Below are positions 1 through 8,359 of a stretch of DNA of 64,000 nt, piece after piece. The first letter of the stretch is position 1. Each line of letters opens with the position of its first letter. Source of the DNA: Bacillota bacterium (lineage in GTDB: Bacteria; Bacillota; Sulfobacillia; JAJYWN01); the NCBI GenBank assembly GCA_021791495.1, contig JAJYWN010000060.1, positions 141,591-205,590 on the forward strand, in the 5' to 3' direction. The translations under genes were made by a program, and so were the position numbers. The notes under the pieces are model-generated. The model did not search any database and was not told where the DNA came from. It saw nothing but the letters and a program-made list of their open reading frames with translations.

Positions 1-311
1 GCACCTTGAGCGGCGGCGAGCAGCAGATGCTGGCTATCGGGCGCGCGCTGATGGCCAAACCGAAGATCCTTCTTCTCGATGAGCCGTCTCTGGGATTGGC
101 CCCCCAAGTGGTCACTCAGGTACTTGATCTCATAAGGCGGATTCGCCAATCGGGTGTCGGAGTACTCTTGGTGGAGCAAAACGTCCACCAGGCATTAGAA
201 GTAGCGGATACGGCTTACGTCTTGGAGAACGGGCGGGTGGTCCTTTCGGGCAGAGCTGGTGAGATCAGGGAGAACCCAGCCGTCCGGTCCGCATATCTGG
301 GACCGGCTTGA
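1..311 (+). CDS. livF: Branched-chain amino acid ABC transporter ATP-binding protein (LivF-type), C-terminal part; 5' end lies outside the window
   Basis: ORF 6..311 is open to the window edge. It shows the ABC signature LSGGEQQM and Walker [14 protein letters not shown]. The C-terminal stretch ([16 protein letters not shown]...[10 protein letters not shown]) is typical of LivF. Confidence 0.8.
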   Translation, partial: TLSGGEQQMLAIGRALMAKPKILLLDEPSLGLAPQVVTQVLDLIRRIRQSGVGVLLVEQNVHQALEVADTAYVLENGRVVLSGRAGEIRENPAVRSAYLGPA

Positions 312-362
312 TGCCAAGCTGAGTGGGTCCGGCCGGAATGAGGCCGGCCTAACCCGCAGACG

Positions 363-716
363 TCAACGCAAAGCCTCGCAGAAGCATTGGAAACTCCGCG
401 AACGGTTGCGTTCAGGCTCCATGTACGCTGATACTCTCTCAGAGACCTTGATCTTGGGAAGGCCTGTCCGGTAATACGGGTGGAGCACTCTCTCTAACGC
501 CTCGCAAGTGCCCCCCGCTACGGAGTCTGGGTCGCGAAACCCCGCCCTCTCACCCAATGTTAGGGGCACTCTAGGGTACGCGGCGGCAAGCGCAGGAACG
601 TCCCCCAAAAGCCAGGCTTCCAGCTCCTCACAGGCAATGCGATTGACAACGGAAAACTGGGGAAGAGCCCCCAGTCTGGCGGCAACCAGTGACGGTAACC
701 TGCAAGCCGCTTTCAA
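363..716 (-). pseudogene. DUF4276-like C-terminal fragment, the usual partner of the AAA ATPase above
   Basis: The 117-aa ORF in a different frame abuts the ATPase remnant (..[22 protein letters not shown]...NRSRSFQCFCEAL). The region is too short to hold both full-length genes. Confidence 0.3.
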
Positions 717-1137
717 ACTCGAGAAACCGAAATGGCTTCCCTTTAGGCTTGCGCCTCCACTGTAGCCACTCCTCAGAAACGTAAGGGCCGCGCTGGTTCT
801 CCTCTATGGCCAAGTGATAGGTCAGTAGCGGTGTTCCTGGGCACTCCCTGTACTTGACCTCAATCTCTATCGGACCGGAAGCTCCCCGGCTCCGCAGTTC
901 CTTGAACCTTCCTCGCCTATCCCAAGCTTTCCTGAGGCCACTAGTAAAGCATTCCGACAGAAACGCAAACACGTCAAAGACCGTCGATTTGCCACTGCCG
1001 TTAGGTCCGATCAGGGTCGCCAACGGCAGGAGGTCTCTGAGCTCGAAATCCTTGAGGACTCGGTAGTTCCGCACGTGAACGTACTCAATCCGAGGGACAG
1101 AGGCGTTGCTTTCGAGATCATCCTGCCACAAGCTCAT
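628..1137 (-). pseudogene. AAA_15/AAA_21-type (abortive-infection/OLD-like) ATPase, N-terminal remnant only
   Basis: The 169-aa ORF starts [46 protein letters not shown] (Walker A) and then runs into out-of-frame-looking sequence. Full-length family members are about 350-450 aa. Family assignment is by motif memory only. Confidence 0.45.
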
Positions 1138-1356
1138 GGCCGCCCTCCCAATCCTGACCAGTGCCTCTACAACTAGACGCGGTGATTACTTAGACCTTTT
1201 GCGGTCCCAAGTCGGTTTATGCCGTGAAGGCCGACGTGGTAAGGAGGAGCCTGGTCCCAAGGACTGAGGGAATGGTCCGTCGAACATGAAGCGGAACATA
1301 GACTGACAAAGATTCACGGCCATCTTGGCCGATGGATGTGAAAGGATGGTCGGGCC

Positions 1357-3249
1357 ATGGCTGCAGCGGAAGACTCTTTCCTCGACGGCATGAGGACCTT
1401 CATTCAGGAGAAGATGCAAGTCTGGAAGGTACCCGGCGTTGCCGTGGTCATCGTCCGCAACGGTGAGGTGGTCCTCCAGGAGGGATTCGGCTTCCGCGAT
1501 GTGGAACGCGGGCTGCCGGCGACACCGAACACCTTGTTCGCCATCGGTTCGTCCACCAAGGCGTTCACTGCCGCCGTGGTCGCAGCCCTGGTAGACGAGG
1601 GCAAGCTGGAATGGGACCGTCCCGTTCGGGACTACCTGCCCGGTTTCCGCCTACACGACCCCTTCGCCAGTGAGCGCATCACTCTCCGCGACATGCTCTG
1701 CCACCGCTCAGGGTTGCCCCGCCACGACCTCTTCTGGTACTCCTCCACCCTGACCCGCGAGGAAATCATCGCCCGGCTGCGCTACTTGCCGGCCAGCCGC
1801 GACTTCCGTACGGTCTGGCAGTACCAGAACCTGATGTTCATGACCGCCGGGTACATAGCGGGTCACGTGGCGGGTGGGACCTGGGAGGATGCCGTCCACA
1901 ACCGCCTGTTCGGCCCCCTCGGAATGGCATCCAGCAACTTCTCGGTGACCGAGTCGCAGCGCACGGGCGACTTCGCCCTCCCCTACCTGAAGAAGAATGG
2001 TGCAAGCAGTGACCGTGGTGGCGGCGGCGGCAGCGGTGGCAGAAGTGGCAGCGGCGGCGGCAGTGGCGGCAGTGGCGGGGACGGGAACGCCAAGGTTATC
2101 CCCATCCCCTTCCGCAACATTGACACCGTGGGCCCCGCCGGTTCCATTAACTCCTGCGCCCGTGACATGGCCAAATGGCTGCAACTCCACATAAATGAGG
2201 GGAGGCTGGGAGGCCGGGAGATCATCTCGGCCGCCGCCCTCCGTGAGATGCACTCACCGCAGATGGTCATCCAGCAGCCCGTCCAATACGCGGAACTGCC
2301 CCTCTCCACCTACGGCATGGGCTGGTTCATCGGCCCGTATCGCGGCGCCATCGAAGTCCAGCACGGCGGCAATATCGACGGTTTCAGCGCCTTGGTGAGC
2401 TTCCTCCCGGCCCACAAGACCGGAGTCGTGGTGTTGACGAACTTGGGCGGTAACCCCTTGTCGGCCATCATCTCCCGCTACGTCTACGACCAGGTGCTTG
2501 GCCTGGAGCCGGTGGATTGGAGCGGCCGGCTGCTGGAGGCGGCAGCAAAGGTCGAGGAGGGTATCAAGGAAAAGAAGAGGGCGGAGGCCGCGGCGAAGCG
2601 CAAGGCTTCGGGCGCGCGGTCGATGGAGCGATCAACGGCGGGGTCGACTGGGCGCGGCAGAGCGCGGGTGGCCAAGCCAACGCACCCCTTGGCCGACTAT
2701 GTCGGAGATTACGAGCACCCTGGGTACGGTACGGTGACGGTGGCCTGGAGCGATGAAACTGAGAAGGACGCCCTGGAGCTGCGCTATAACGCCCTGACCT
2801 GCCCTCTGACCCACAAGCACTACGACGTCTTCGAGGCCAGGTACGACCTGTTCGACATGGTCTTGGTTGTCAATTTCCAGATCGGCCTGAAGGGTGAGAT
2901 CGCTTCGCTGTCCGTTCCGCTGGAGGCGGCCCTGGAACCGCAGCCTTTCACCAAGGTCCCACCCAAGCCCTCCGCCGCCCTGGAAGAACGCCTGATGGGG
3001 CGGTACATGCTGAACGGGACCATCCCCGTGGATATCGCCCGCCGGGGCGCCGTCCTGAGCCTGGTCATTCCCGGGCAACCCGCCTTCGACCTGACCCTGC
3101 GCGGAGGAACAACCGCCACCTTCGACGTCAAGGGTTTCCCGCTGTCCCTGGCTTTCACCTTCGACGAAGCCGGGCGGCCGACCGGTTTCGCCCTAACGCA
3201 ACCCAACGCCGTGTTCCAGGCAACGCGAGCGAGCACAGCGAGCACGTAG
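1357..3249 (+). CDS. Serine hydrolase with beta-lactamase/PBP fold and a C-terminal DUF3471-like domain; carries Gly-rich and Lys/Ala-rich inserts
   Basis: The 630-aa ORF has an SxxK motif (AIGSSTKAF), a YxN motif (WQYQNLM) and an HGG in place of the third box. The RBS is AGGATGG. Inserts are SDRGGGGGSGGRSGSGGGSGGSGGDGN and KVEEGIKEKKRAEAAAKRKASGARS. Confidence 0.85.
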   Translation: MAAAEDSFLDGMRTFIQEKMQVWKVPGVAVVIVRNGEVVLQEGFGFRDVERGLPATPNTLFAIGSSTKAFTAAVVAALVDEGKLEWDRPVRDYLPGFRLHDPFASERITLRDMLCHRSGLPRHDLFWYSSTLTREEIIARLRYLPASRDFRTVWQYQNLMFMTAGYIAGHVAGGTWEDAVHNRLFGPLGMASSNFSVTESQRTGDFALPYLKKNGASSDRGGGGGSGGRSGSGGGSGGSGGDGNAKVIPIPFRNIDTVGPAGSINSCARDMAKWLQLHINEGRLGGREIISAAALREMHSPQMVIQQPVQYAELPLSTYGMGWFIGPYRGAIEVQHGGNIDGFSALVSFLPAHKTGVVVLTNLGGNPLSAIISRYVYDQVLGLEPVDWSGRLLEAAAKVEEGIKEKKRAEAAAKRKASGARSMERSTAGSTGRGRARVAKPTHPLADYVGDYEHPGYGTVTVAWSDETEKDALELRYNALTCPLTHKHYDVFEARYDLFDMVLVVNFQIGLKGEIASLSVPLEAALEPQPFTKVPPKPSAALEERLMGRYMLNGTIPVDIARRGAVLSLVIPGQPAFDLTLRGGTTATFDVKGFPLSLAFTFDEAGRPTGFALTQPNAVFQATRASTAST

Positions 3250-3271
3250 AGGGATTCCAAAGCCCGGGGCC

Positions 3272-3333
3272 TACCGTTCTCCGGCCCGTTCTCCGGCCCG
3301 TTCTCCAGCCCGTTCTCCAGCCCGTTCTCCGCC
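3272..3333. repeat. Intergenic 12-bp direct tandem repeat (CCGTTCTCCGGC and variants), 5 copies
   Basis: Read directly: ccgttctccggc / ccgttctccggc / ccgttctccagc / ccgttctccagc / ccgttctccgcc. It lies between the hydrolase stop and the next gene. Confidence 0.8.
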
Positions 3334-3397
3334 CTATTGTCTCCCGCCCCAACGTTCGATAGTGTTGGATAGGGGAAAGGGAAAGCGGGGTTGGGGT

Positions 3398-4645
3398 ATG
3401 GTTTGTCCGGATGGTGGCGACCAGGCGGGTCGCCTTGATGTCGCGCGCCGCGGACGCGCCATCAGGAAATCTGTCTCGGTGGTGGCGTCCGTGGTCATCT
3501 TGCTGACGGCGGTCCAGCTCTACCCCCGTGTCAAAGCCACCTACAGGTCGCGCGTCCCCGAGGAGTTCGGGCCCGATCCTCTGACCGATGGCATCACTTA
3601 CACCTTGCCGGCGGACGCCTCAAAGACGGTACTGAGCCTGCCCAACGACTTGGCGGATATCTTCGCCGGCGGACTTACGGGAGCGTCGGGCTTCGGTCTG
3701 CATGCCTTGGACCACGTCGAAGGATTGGACCACATCGTCCTAGACCTTAGACAGGGGGTGCCTGTCGGGAGCTGGGCGGAAGGGGTCGTCACCCAGGTGT
3801 ATTGGACCGGTGAGGATTACCAGATCACTATCGACTACGGCGGCGGTCTGGTGGGCACGTACATGGAGATCACCACTCCTTACGTGAAGAGAGGCCAGCG
3901 CGTCGCGCGCGGCCAGCCCGTGGGCCTTGGCATGGGTGCCGAAAGAGAGGTGTCCAGCGCCGAGTTCGCCCTCTTGGACCGTAATCGCCACAAGGGCGTG
4001 GCGGCAAGTGACGGCCAGGGCGGGGTCTACGTTTCTCCCTACGATTACCTGGAGTACTCGCAGAAGATGAAGCTGGTGGAGGTGTACAGGAGGAACGTCC
4101 TCGACCGGATGGCTGTGACGGCGGGCGGCTCGCCCTTGGAACCAACCCAGTCGGAAAAGGGCAAGTCGCCCGCGCTCTTCCCCTACCAGCCCTACCTCAC
4201 CAACCAAATCATGCTTCACGAAGGCAACCAGGGCCGCTTAACCGGCGAGTGGTACAGTACTCGGAAATGGGGCCCCGGGCTACCGGTGGACATCCTCACG
4301 TTCATCGAAGCGTCGAACCCCTATTTCCGGGGAAACGTCCTTCTTTCGAACGACGACGGCACTCCCACCGGTTCCGGGCTGAGTCTAAAGGGGACGTTCG
4401 AAGTGGACTACGCGAAGAAACAGGTCAAGATCAACGCGCTCGCCACCACCGACTTGCCGCCCACGACCTACTACGGGATCTTCGAAATCGATGAGTCGGG
4501 GAAGACCGCAACGCTGAAACTGGAATACCAGACAGGGAGCTACCCCACAGTTTTCTCCGACAGGGCCGTCACCTACGTGACCAAGCCTCCCATGCGGCGG
4601 CGCCCCGCCGGCAAACTGCTGGGGGTAAGGGATTCAGATAAGTGA
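3398..4645 (+). CDS. Membrane-anchored protein with a degenerate LytM/M23 peptidase domain (HxxxD retained, HxH lost); start uncertain (3362-3398)
   Basis: ORF 3362..4645. There is an N-terminal signal-anchor VVASVVILLTAVQLY. The M23-like block reads LHALDHVEGLDHIV...ITIDYGGGLVGTYMEI..VKRGQRVARGQPVGLG, where the IDHG and HLH histidines are replaced. Confidence 0.5.
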   Translation: MVCPDGGDQAGRLDVARRGRAIRKSVSVVASVVILLTAVQLYPRVKATYRSRVPEEFGPDPLTDGITYTLPADASKTVLSLPNDLADIFAGGLTGASGFGLHALDHVEGLDHIVLDLRQGVPVGSWAEGVVTQVYWTGEDYQITIDYGGGLVGTYMEITTPYVKRGQRVARGQPVGLGMGAEREVSSAEFALLDRNRHKGVAASDGQGGVYVSPYDYLEYSQKMKLVEVYRRNVLDRMAVTAGGSPLEPTQSEKGKSPALFPYQPYLTNQIMLHEGNQGRLTGEWYSTRKWGPGLPVDILTFIEASNPYFRGNVLLSNDDGTPTGSGLSLKGTFEVDYAKKQVKINALATTDLPPTTYYGIFEIDESGKTATLKLEYQTGSYPTVFSDRAVTYVTKPPMRRRPAGKLLGVRDSDK

Positions 4646-4680
4646 GGTGGGCGCCGGCAAGCGCCGGCAAGCGCCCTGGG

Positions 4681-5667
4681 CTATGAAACCAGGGCCTCTT
4701 GCACCGACCTCATGGCCTGCAGCACCCGGCGGTGGTGACTGAACACCGACCGGTTATGCCGGAGCCGCGCTTCCGCTCCGGCCGTGGAGTTCACCAGGTC
4801 GCCGAAGGTTCTGACCATGGACACGACTGGATGGGGGTGCCAATCCCGGACGGACGTCCGCCCGCCTGCCCCGACCACCGTCACGACCTGGCGGCCCGGT
4901 TCCACCCGTAGCGCCCCGCGCCGCCCCACGATGTCGATGTCTATGTCCGGACCTTCCGATGGATAGTCGGCCGGCAAGCAGGCCGAAATCTCGGCCGAGA
5001 CGATGAAATCGTCCGTGAACCGTATCGTCAGGACCAAGGTGTCCATGCTCTCAACCGCAGCGCGTCTCGTCTCGCCGGCGAGCCCGCCGGTGCCGACGCC
5101 GCCCCCGAAAAGACGCCCCCCAGCGGCATGGACTCGGGCCATGGGCGCCGGCGTGCAGCCGAGGGCGAAGTCCAAGACATGCCAAATGGGGTCTTCGAGA
5201 ACGCTGCTTCCTACCTGCCGCTCGCCACCGGCCGCCGCTCCAACCCTTGTCCTGTATCCCACGTAGGCATGGAGCCCCGGACCTATCCCTCCCCCGGCCA
5301 TGGCGTCGAGGGCGTGTCCCACGGCAGCCATGTGCCGCAGGTCGGTCGGGGTGTAGAGGAGACCCGGCTCCGGTGTCCCTTCGCACGTCCGCTCCAGCTG
5401 ATCCAACTCGGCTTCGGTTAGGGCGCAGGGCATTGGGCACAACACCGACCTCCCAGCGCCGAGGGCCGCGGCGGCGGCCGCCGCCCGCCCACTGGGTGCG
5501 CCGCCGACGAAGACGGCATTGACCGTCTGCTCGCGGGCCGGGGCCGCCAGTTGCACCGGTCCCAAGGTGAATGGGCTTTCATTCCCGAGTCGCTCCACCA
5601 AAGCCGCAGCCCGATCGTCCGAACCTATTACTCCCAGCTCAAGCACTTTCGCCGACACCCCCCACAT
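4681..5667 (-). CDS. Gfo/Idh/MocA-like oxidoreductase, divergent
   Basis: The 328-aa ORF has a Rossmann-like N-terminus (LELGVIGSDDRAAALVERL..AVFVGGAPSGRAAAAAAAL.AGRSVLCPMP), consistent with the family. Confidence 0.4.
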   Translation of the reverse strand: MWGVSAKVLELGVIGSDDRAAALVERLGNESPFTLGPVQLAAPAREQTVNAVFVGGAPSGRAAAAAAALGAGRSVLCPMPCALTEAELDQLERTCEGTPEPGLLYTPTDLRHMAAVGHALDAMAGGGIGPGLHAYVGYRTRVGAAAGGERQVGSSVLEDPIWHVLDFALGCTPAPMARVHAAGGRLFGGGVGTGGLAGETRRAAVESMDTLVLTIRFTDDFIVSAEISACLPADYPSEGPDIDIDIVGRRGALRVEPGRQVVTVVGAGGRTSVRDWHPHPVVSMVRTFGDLVNSTAGAEARLRHNRSVFSHHRRVLQAMRSVQEALVS

Positions 5668-6712
5668 TAGCCGCCCCCGTCTCGTCCAACCAGACCACGC
5701 GCCCTTCCTTGGCGCTCTTCACCGCCGCCAAGGCGAAGCGTAGCGCCGCCCGGCTCTCTTCGGCCGCCAGAGGCACTGGCTCATCGCGCCGCAGTGCCCC
5801 CACGAACTCCGAAAGCTCCAGCGCATAGGCGTCGGGGATGTGCAGGAGCCTCTCGTACGTGCCGGGATACTTGGCGCCGCCGTCCCCGAACTGGATCAAG
5901 CCCTGCTGGTCGGTGTCCCGGGCGCGGATGAAGCCGCGCGTCCCGCAAATGTCCAGTTGGTGGTAACTGGGGTAGCCCGGGGGCAGACTGTTCGTGACCT
6001 CGGACGAACCCAGCGCGCCGTTGGCGAAGGTGGCCGTGAACGTGATGAAGTCGGGTACCAGGTTGCCTTCCCGTTGGACGGCCGTCTCGGCGAACACCTT
6101 GACCGGCTCGGTCCCCACAAACCACCGTAGCAGGTCGAACTCGTGGATCCCGTTCAGCAGGACCGCGCCCAAAGACAGCTCGGGGTTCCCCGTCCAATGG
6201 TCGGGCCGCCAGTAAGCGCCACGCCGCCCCGGTTCCGGACGCATGCGTCGCTCGTTTTCCCTCGCCAGGCGCACCTCGCCCACCTCGCCGGCATCAATGG
6301 CCTGGCGGATCTCCTGATAACGCCGGGTGAACCGCCGGCTGTGGGCGACCATCAGCCGGACCCCCGCGCACCGGCACGCGGCGATCATGGCGTCGGCATC
6401 CTCAAGGGACGGGGCCATCGGCTTCTCACAAAGGACGTGTTTCCCCGAGGCGGCGGCCGCCTCCACGATCTGCCGGTGGGCGAATTCCGGCGCCGCCACC
6501 ACCACCATTTCCACGTCGGGCCGCTCTGTGACCCGCCGGAAGTCCCCATAGGCATCGGCCCCGAAAGGCCGGGCCGCCGCCTCCGCGGCCGCCGGGGACA
6601 CATCGGCCGTGGCCACCAGACGGACGAGACCGGGTAGGCTACGGATGGCTGGGAGATGGGCGCTGTTGGCGATGCCGCCGCACCCGATCAGTCCGAGACG
6701 AACAGGTTCCAC
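5639..6712 (-). CDS. Gfo/Idh/MocA family NAD(P)-dependent oxidoreductase
   Basis: RLGLIGCGGIANSAHLPAI...VVVAAPEFAHRQIVEAAAASGKHVLCEKPMA is the canonical N-terminal fold and the EKP motif. Confidence 0.85.
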   Translation of the reverse strand: MEPVRLGLIGCGGIANSAHLPAIRSLPGLVRLVATADVSPAAAEAAARPFGADAYGDFRRVTERPDVEMVVVAAPEFAHRQIVEAAAASGKHVLCEKPMAPSLEDADAMIAACRCAGVRLMVAHSRRFTRRYQEIRQAIDAGEVGEVRLARENERRMRPEPGRRGAYWRPDHWTGNPELSLGAVLLNGIHEFDLLRWFVGTEPVKVFAETAVQREGNLVPDFITFTATFANGALGSSEVTNSLPPGYPSYHQLDICGTRGFIRARDTDQQGLIQFGDGGAKYPGTYERLLHIPDAYALELSEFVGALRRDEPVPLAAEESRAALRFALAAVKSAKEGRVVWLDETGAANVGGVGESA

Positions 6713-6769
6713 GGTGTCGTTACCCCTTTCCAGATTACCCGCATCCGGCCTCGGGTCGGGCCGGCGCTA

Positions 6770-8332
6770 TCAGACCTTGGCCGTCTTCCAGCGCCCGCTC
6801 TTCCACCGCATGTAGATCACAAGCGATCGCGTGAGCTGGTCGACGAGCATGGCCAGCCAGGCCCCGGCCAGGCCCCAGTGGAGGACGTTCACGAACAGAA
6901 GACACAGAGTGACGCGGAAGCCCCAGACCCCGGCGAAGGCGGCGTAGAGGGGCCAGGTGGTATCCCCTGCCCCGCGTAGGCCTCCGGCCAGAACGAATTG
7001 GTTGACCTGAGCCGGCTGGGCCAGGGCCGCGATCCTTAGGGCGACGGCGCCGAAGGCGATGACCCCGGCGTCCGAGGTGTACATCCGCACGATCCAGGGG
7101 GCTCCGAGGAAGAAGAGCGCCCCCAAACTCACGCCCATGATCAGGCCCAGGCGCCGGGTCTCCCACCCGCAACGCTCGGCCCAGTCCGGCCGCTTGGCCC
7201 CCAGGTTCTGCCCGACCAGGGTGGTGGCGGCGACGGCGAAGCCCTGGCTGGGCATGAAGGACAGGCTCAGGACGTTCATGGCGATTTGGTGGGCCGCCAC
7301 CGTCACTGTACCCAATCCGGCCACCGTCCGCGTAAAGATGACCATCCCCCCGCGCATGACGAACTGCTCCAGGGCAGCCGGCAGACCGATGCGCACCATT
7401 CGGGCGATGATGGCGCCGTTCCAACGCCACCGGTCCCGCAGACCCACCTTGATGACGTACTTCCCGCTCACCACGGCGGACAGTGAAAGGGCGAAGGCGG
7501 CGAACCGGGCCATGGCCGAGGCCACCGCCGCGCCCAGCACACCCAGAGCGGGCAGACCGAAGGCGCCGTAGATCAAGGGGTAACCGAGGATGACGGCGAG
7601 GACGTTAGCGATCAGGCTCACCCGCATGGGAGTCTTCGTGTCGCCCGCCCCGCGCAGGGCCGAGTTCAAGCTCATGCTGAGGGTATTGAAGGACAGAGTC
7701 ATAGCGATGACCTGGAAATAGCTGAGGCCGGCGGAGATCACCTCGTCCTCGGCACCCATGAAAGCCAGGATCTGAGCGGCGAAGATGTACCCCAGGGCGG
7801 CCATGACCGCGGACAAGACGACGTTGATGAGGAGGGTCTGGCGGGTGACCTCGTTGGCTTCTTCCGGATGCCCGGCGCCAACGGCGCGGGCCACCAGGGC
7901 GGTAGCGCCAACGTTCAGCGCCTGGAAGGCGGAGATGGCGAAGAAAACCGGCTGGTTGGTGAGGCCGACGGCGGCCACGGCTACGGGGCCGAGGTGGCCC
8001 ACCAGGACCATGTTCAAAACCTGAATCATGCTGGAGAACGTCATTTCGGCGATGGCCGGCCCGGCCAACTGGATCACTTTCTGCCGGATGGCGGCCGGGG
8101 TGGCTTCGCCGATACCCACGGCAGCGGATAGGCGGGCGCGGCCCAGTAAGGCGCCACCGGGCAGGGCAGCACCGGGCGGGGAAGCACCGGGCGGGGAAGC
8201 ACCGGGTACGGCGGCACCGGGTGGGGTCGCACCAGGAGCCGCCGCCATGGTCGCGGCAGTGGGGGCCGCGGCGGCGGCGGCAATGAGGGCTTCCTCCGCC
8301 TCTTCCGGAGGGCCACTGGGCCGGTCAGTCAT
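6770..8332 (-). CDS. MATE family multidrug/efflux transporter; the N-terminal ~70 aa are Pro/Ala/Gly-rich low complexity and the true start may be internal (GTG ~8119)
   Basis: The 520-aa ORF contains a MATE core, IRQKVIQLAGPAIAEMTFSSMIQVLNMVLVGHLGPVAVAAVG, across twelve predicted transmembrane segments. Confidence 0.8.
   Translation of the reverse strand: MTDRPSGPPEEAEEALIAAAAAAPTAATMAAAPGATPPGAAVPGASPPGASPPGAALPGGALLGRARLSAAVGIGEATPAAIRQKVIQLAGPAIAEMTFSSMIQVLNMVLVGHLGPVAVAAVGLTNQPVFFAISAFQALNVGATALVARAVGAGHPEEANEVTRQTLLINVVLSAVMAALGYIFAAQILAFMGAEDEVISAGLSYFQVIAMTLSFNTLSMSLNSALRGAGDTKTPMRVSLIANVLAVILGYPLIYGAFGLPALGVLGAAVASAMARFAAFALSLSAVVSGKYVIKVGLRDRWRWNGAIIARMVRIGLPAALEQFVMRGGMVIFTRTVAGLGTVTVAAHQIAMNVLSLSFMPSQGFAVAATTLVGQNLGAKRPDWAERCGWETRRLGLIMGVSLGALFFLGAPWIVRMYTSDAGVIAFGAVALRIAALAQPAQVNQFVLAGGLRGAGDTTWPLYAAFAGVWGFRVTLCLLFVNVLHWGLAGAWLAMLVDQLTRSLVIYMRWKSGRWKTAKV
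8169..8240. repeat. 15-bp tandem repeat (GCACCGGGCGGGGAA-like), about 5 copies, at the 5' end of the MATE ORF
   Basis: Read directly: gcaccgggcggggaa gcaccgggcggggaa gcaccgggtacggcg gcaccgggtggggtc gcaccaggagcc. On the minus strand it encodes PGASPPGASPPGAALPG. Confidence 0.6.
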
Positions 8333-8359
8333 GGGGCGAATCCTGCTTTCTTCTGCTAC

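Noticed and set aside
3272-3333. Possible CRISPR array
   Set aside because: The units are 12 bp and directly abutting with no spacers. No cas genes are present.
3155-3352. 65-aa ORF encoding (GRRT/GWRT)n
   Set aside because: It is a translation of the 12-bp tandem DNA repeat and is not a gene.
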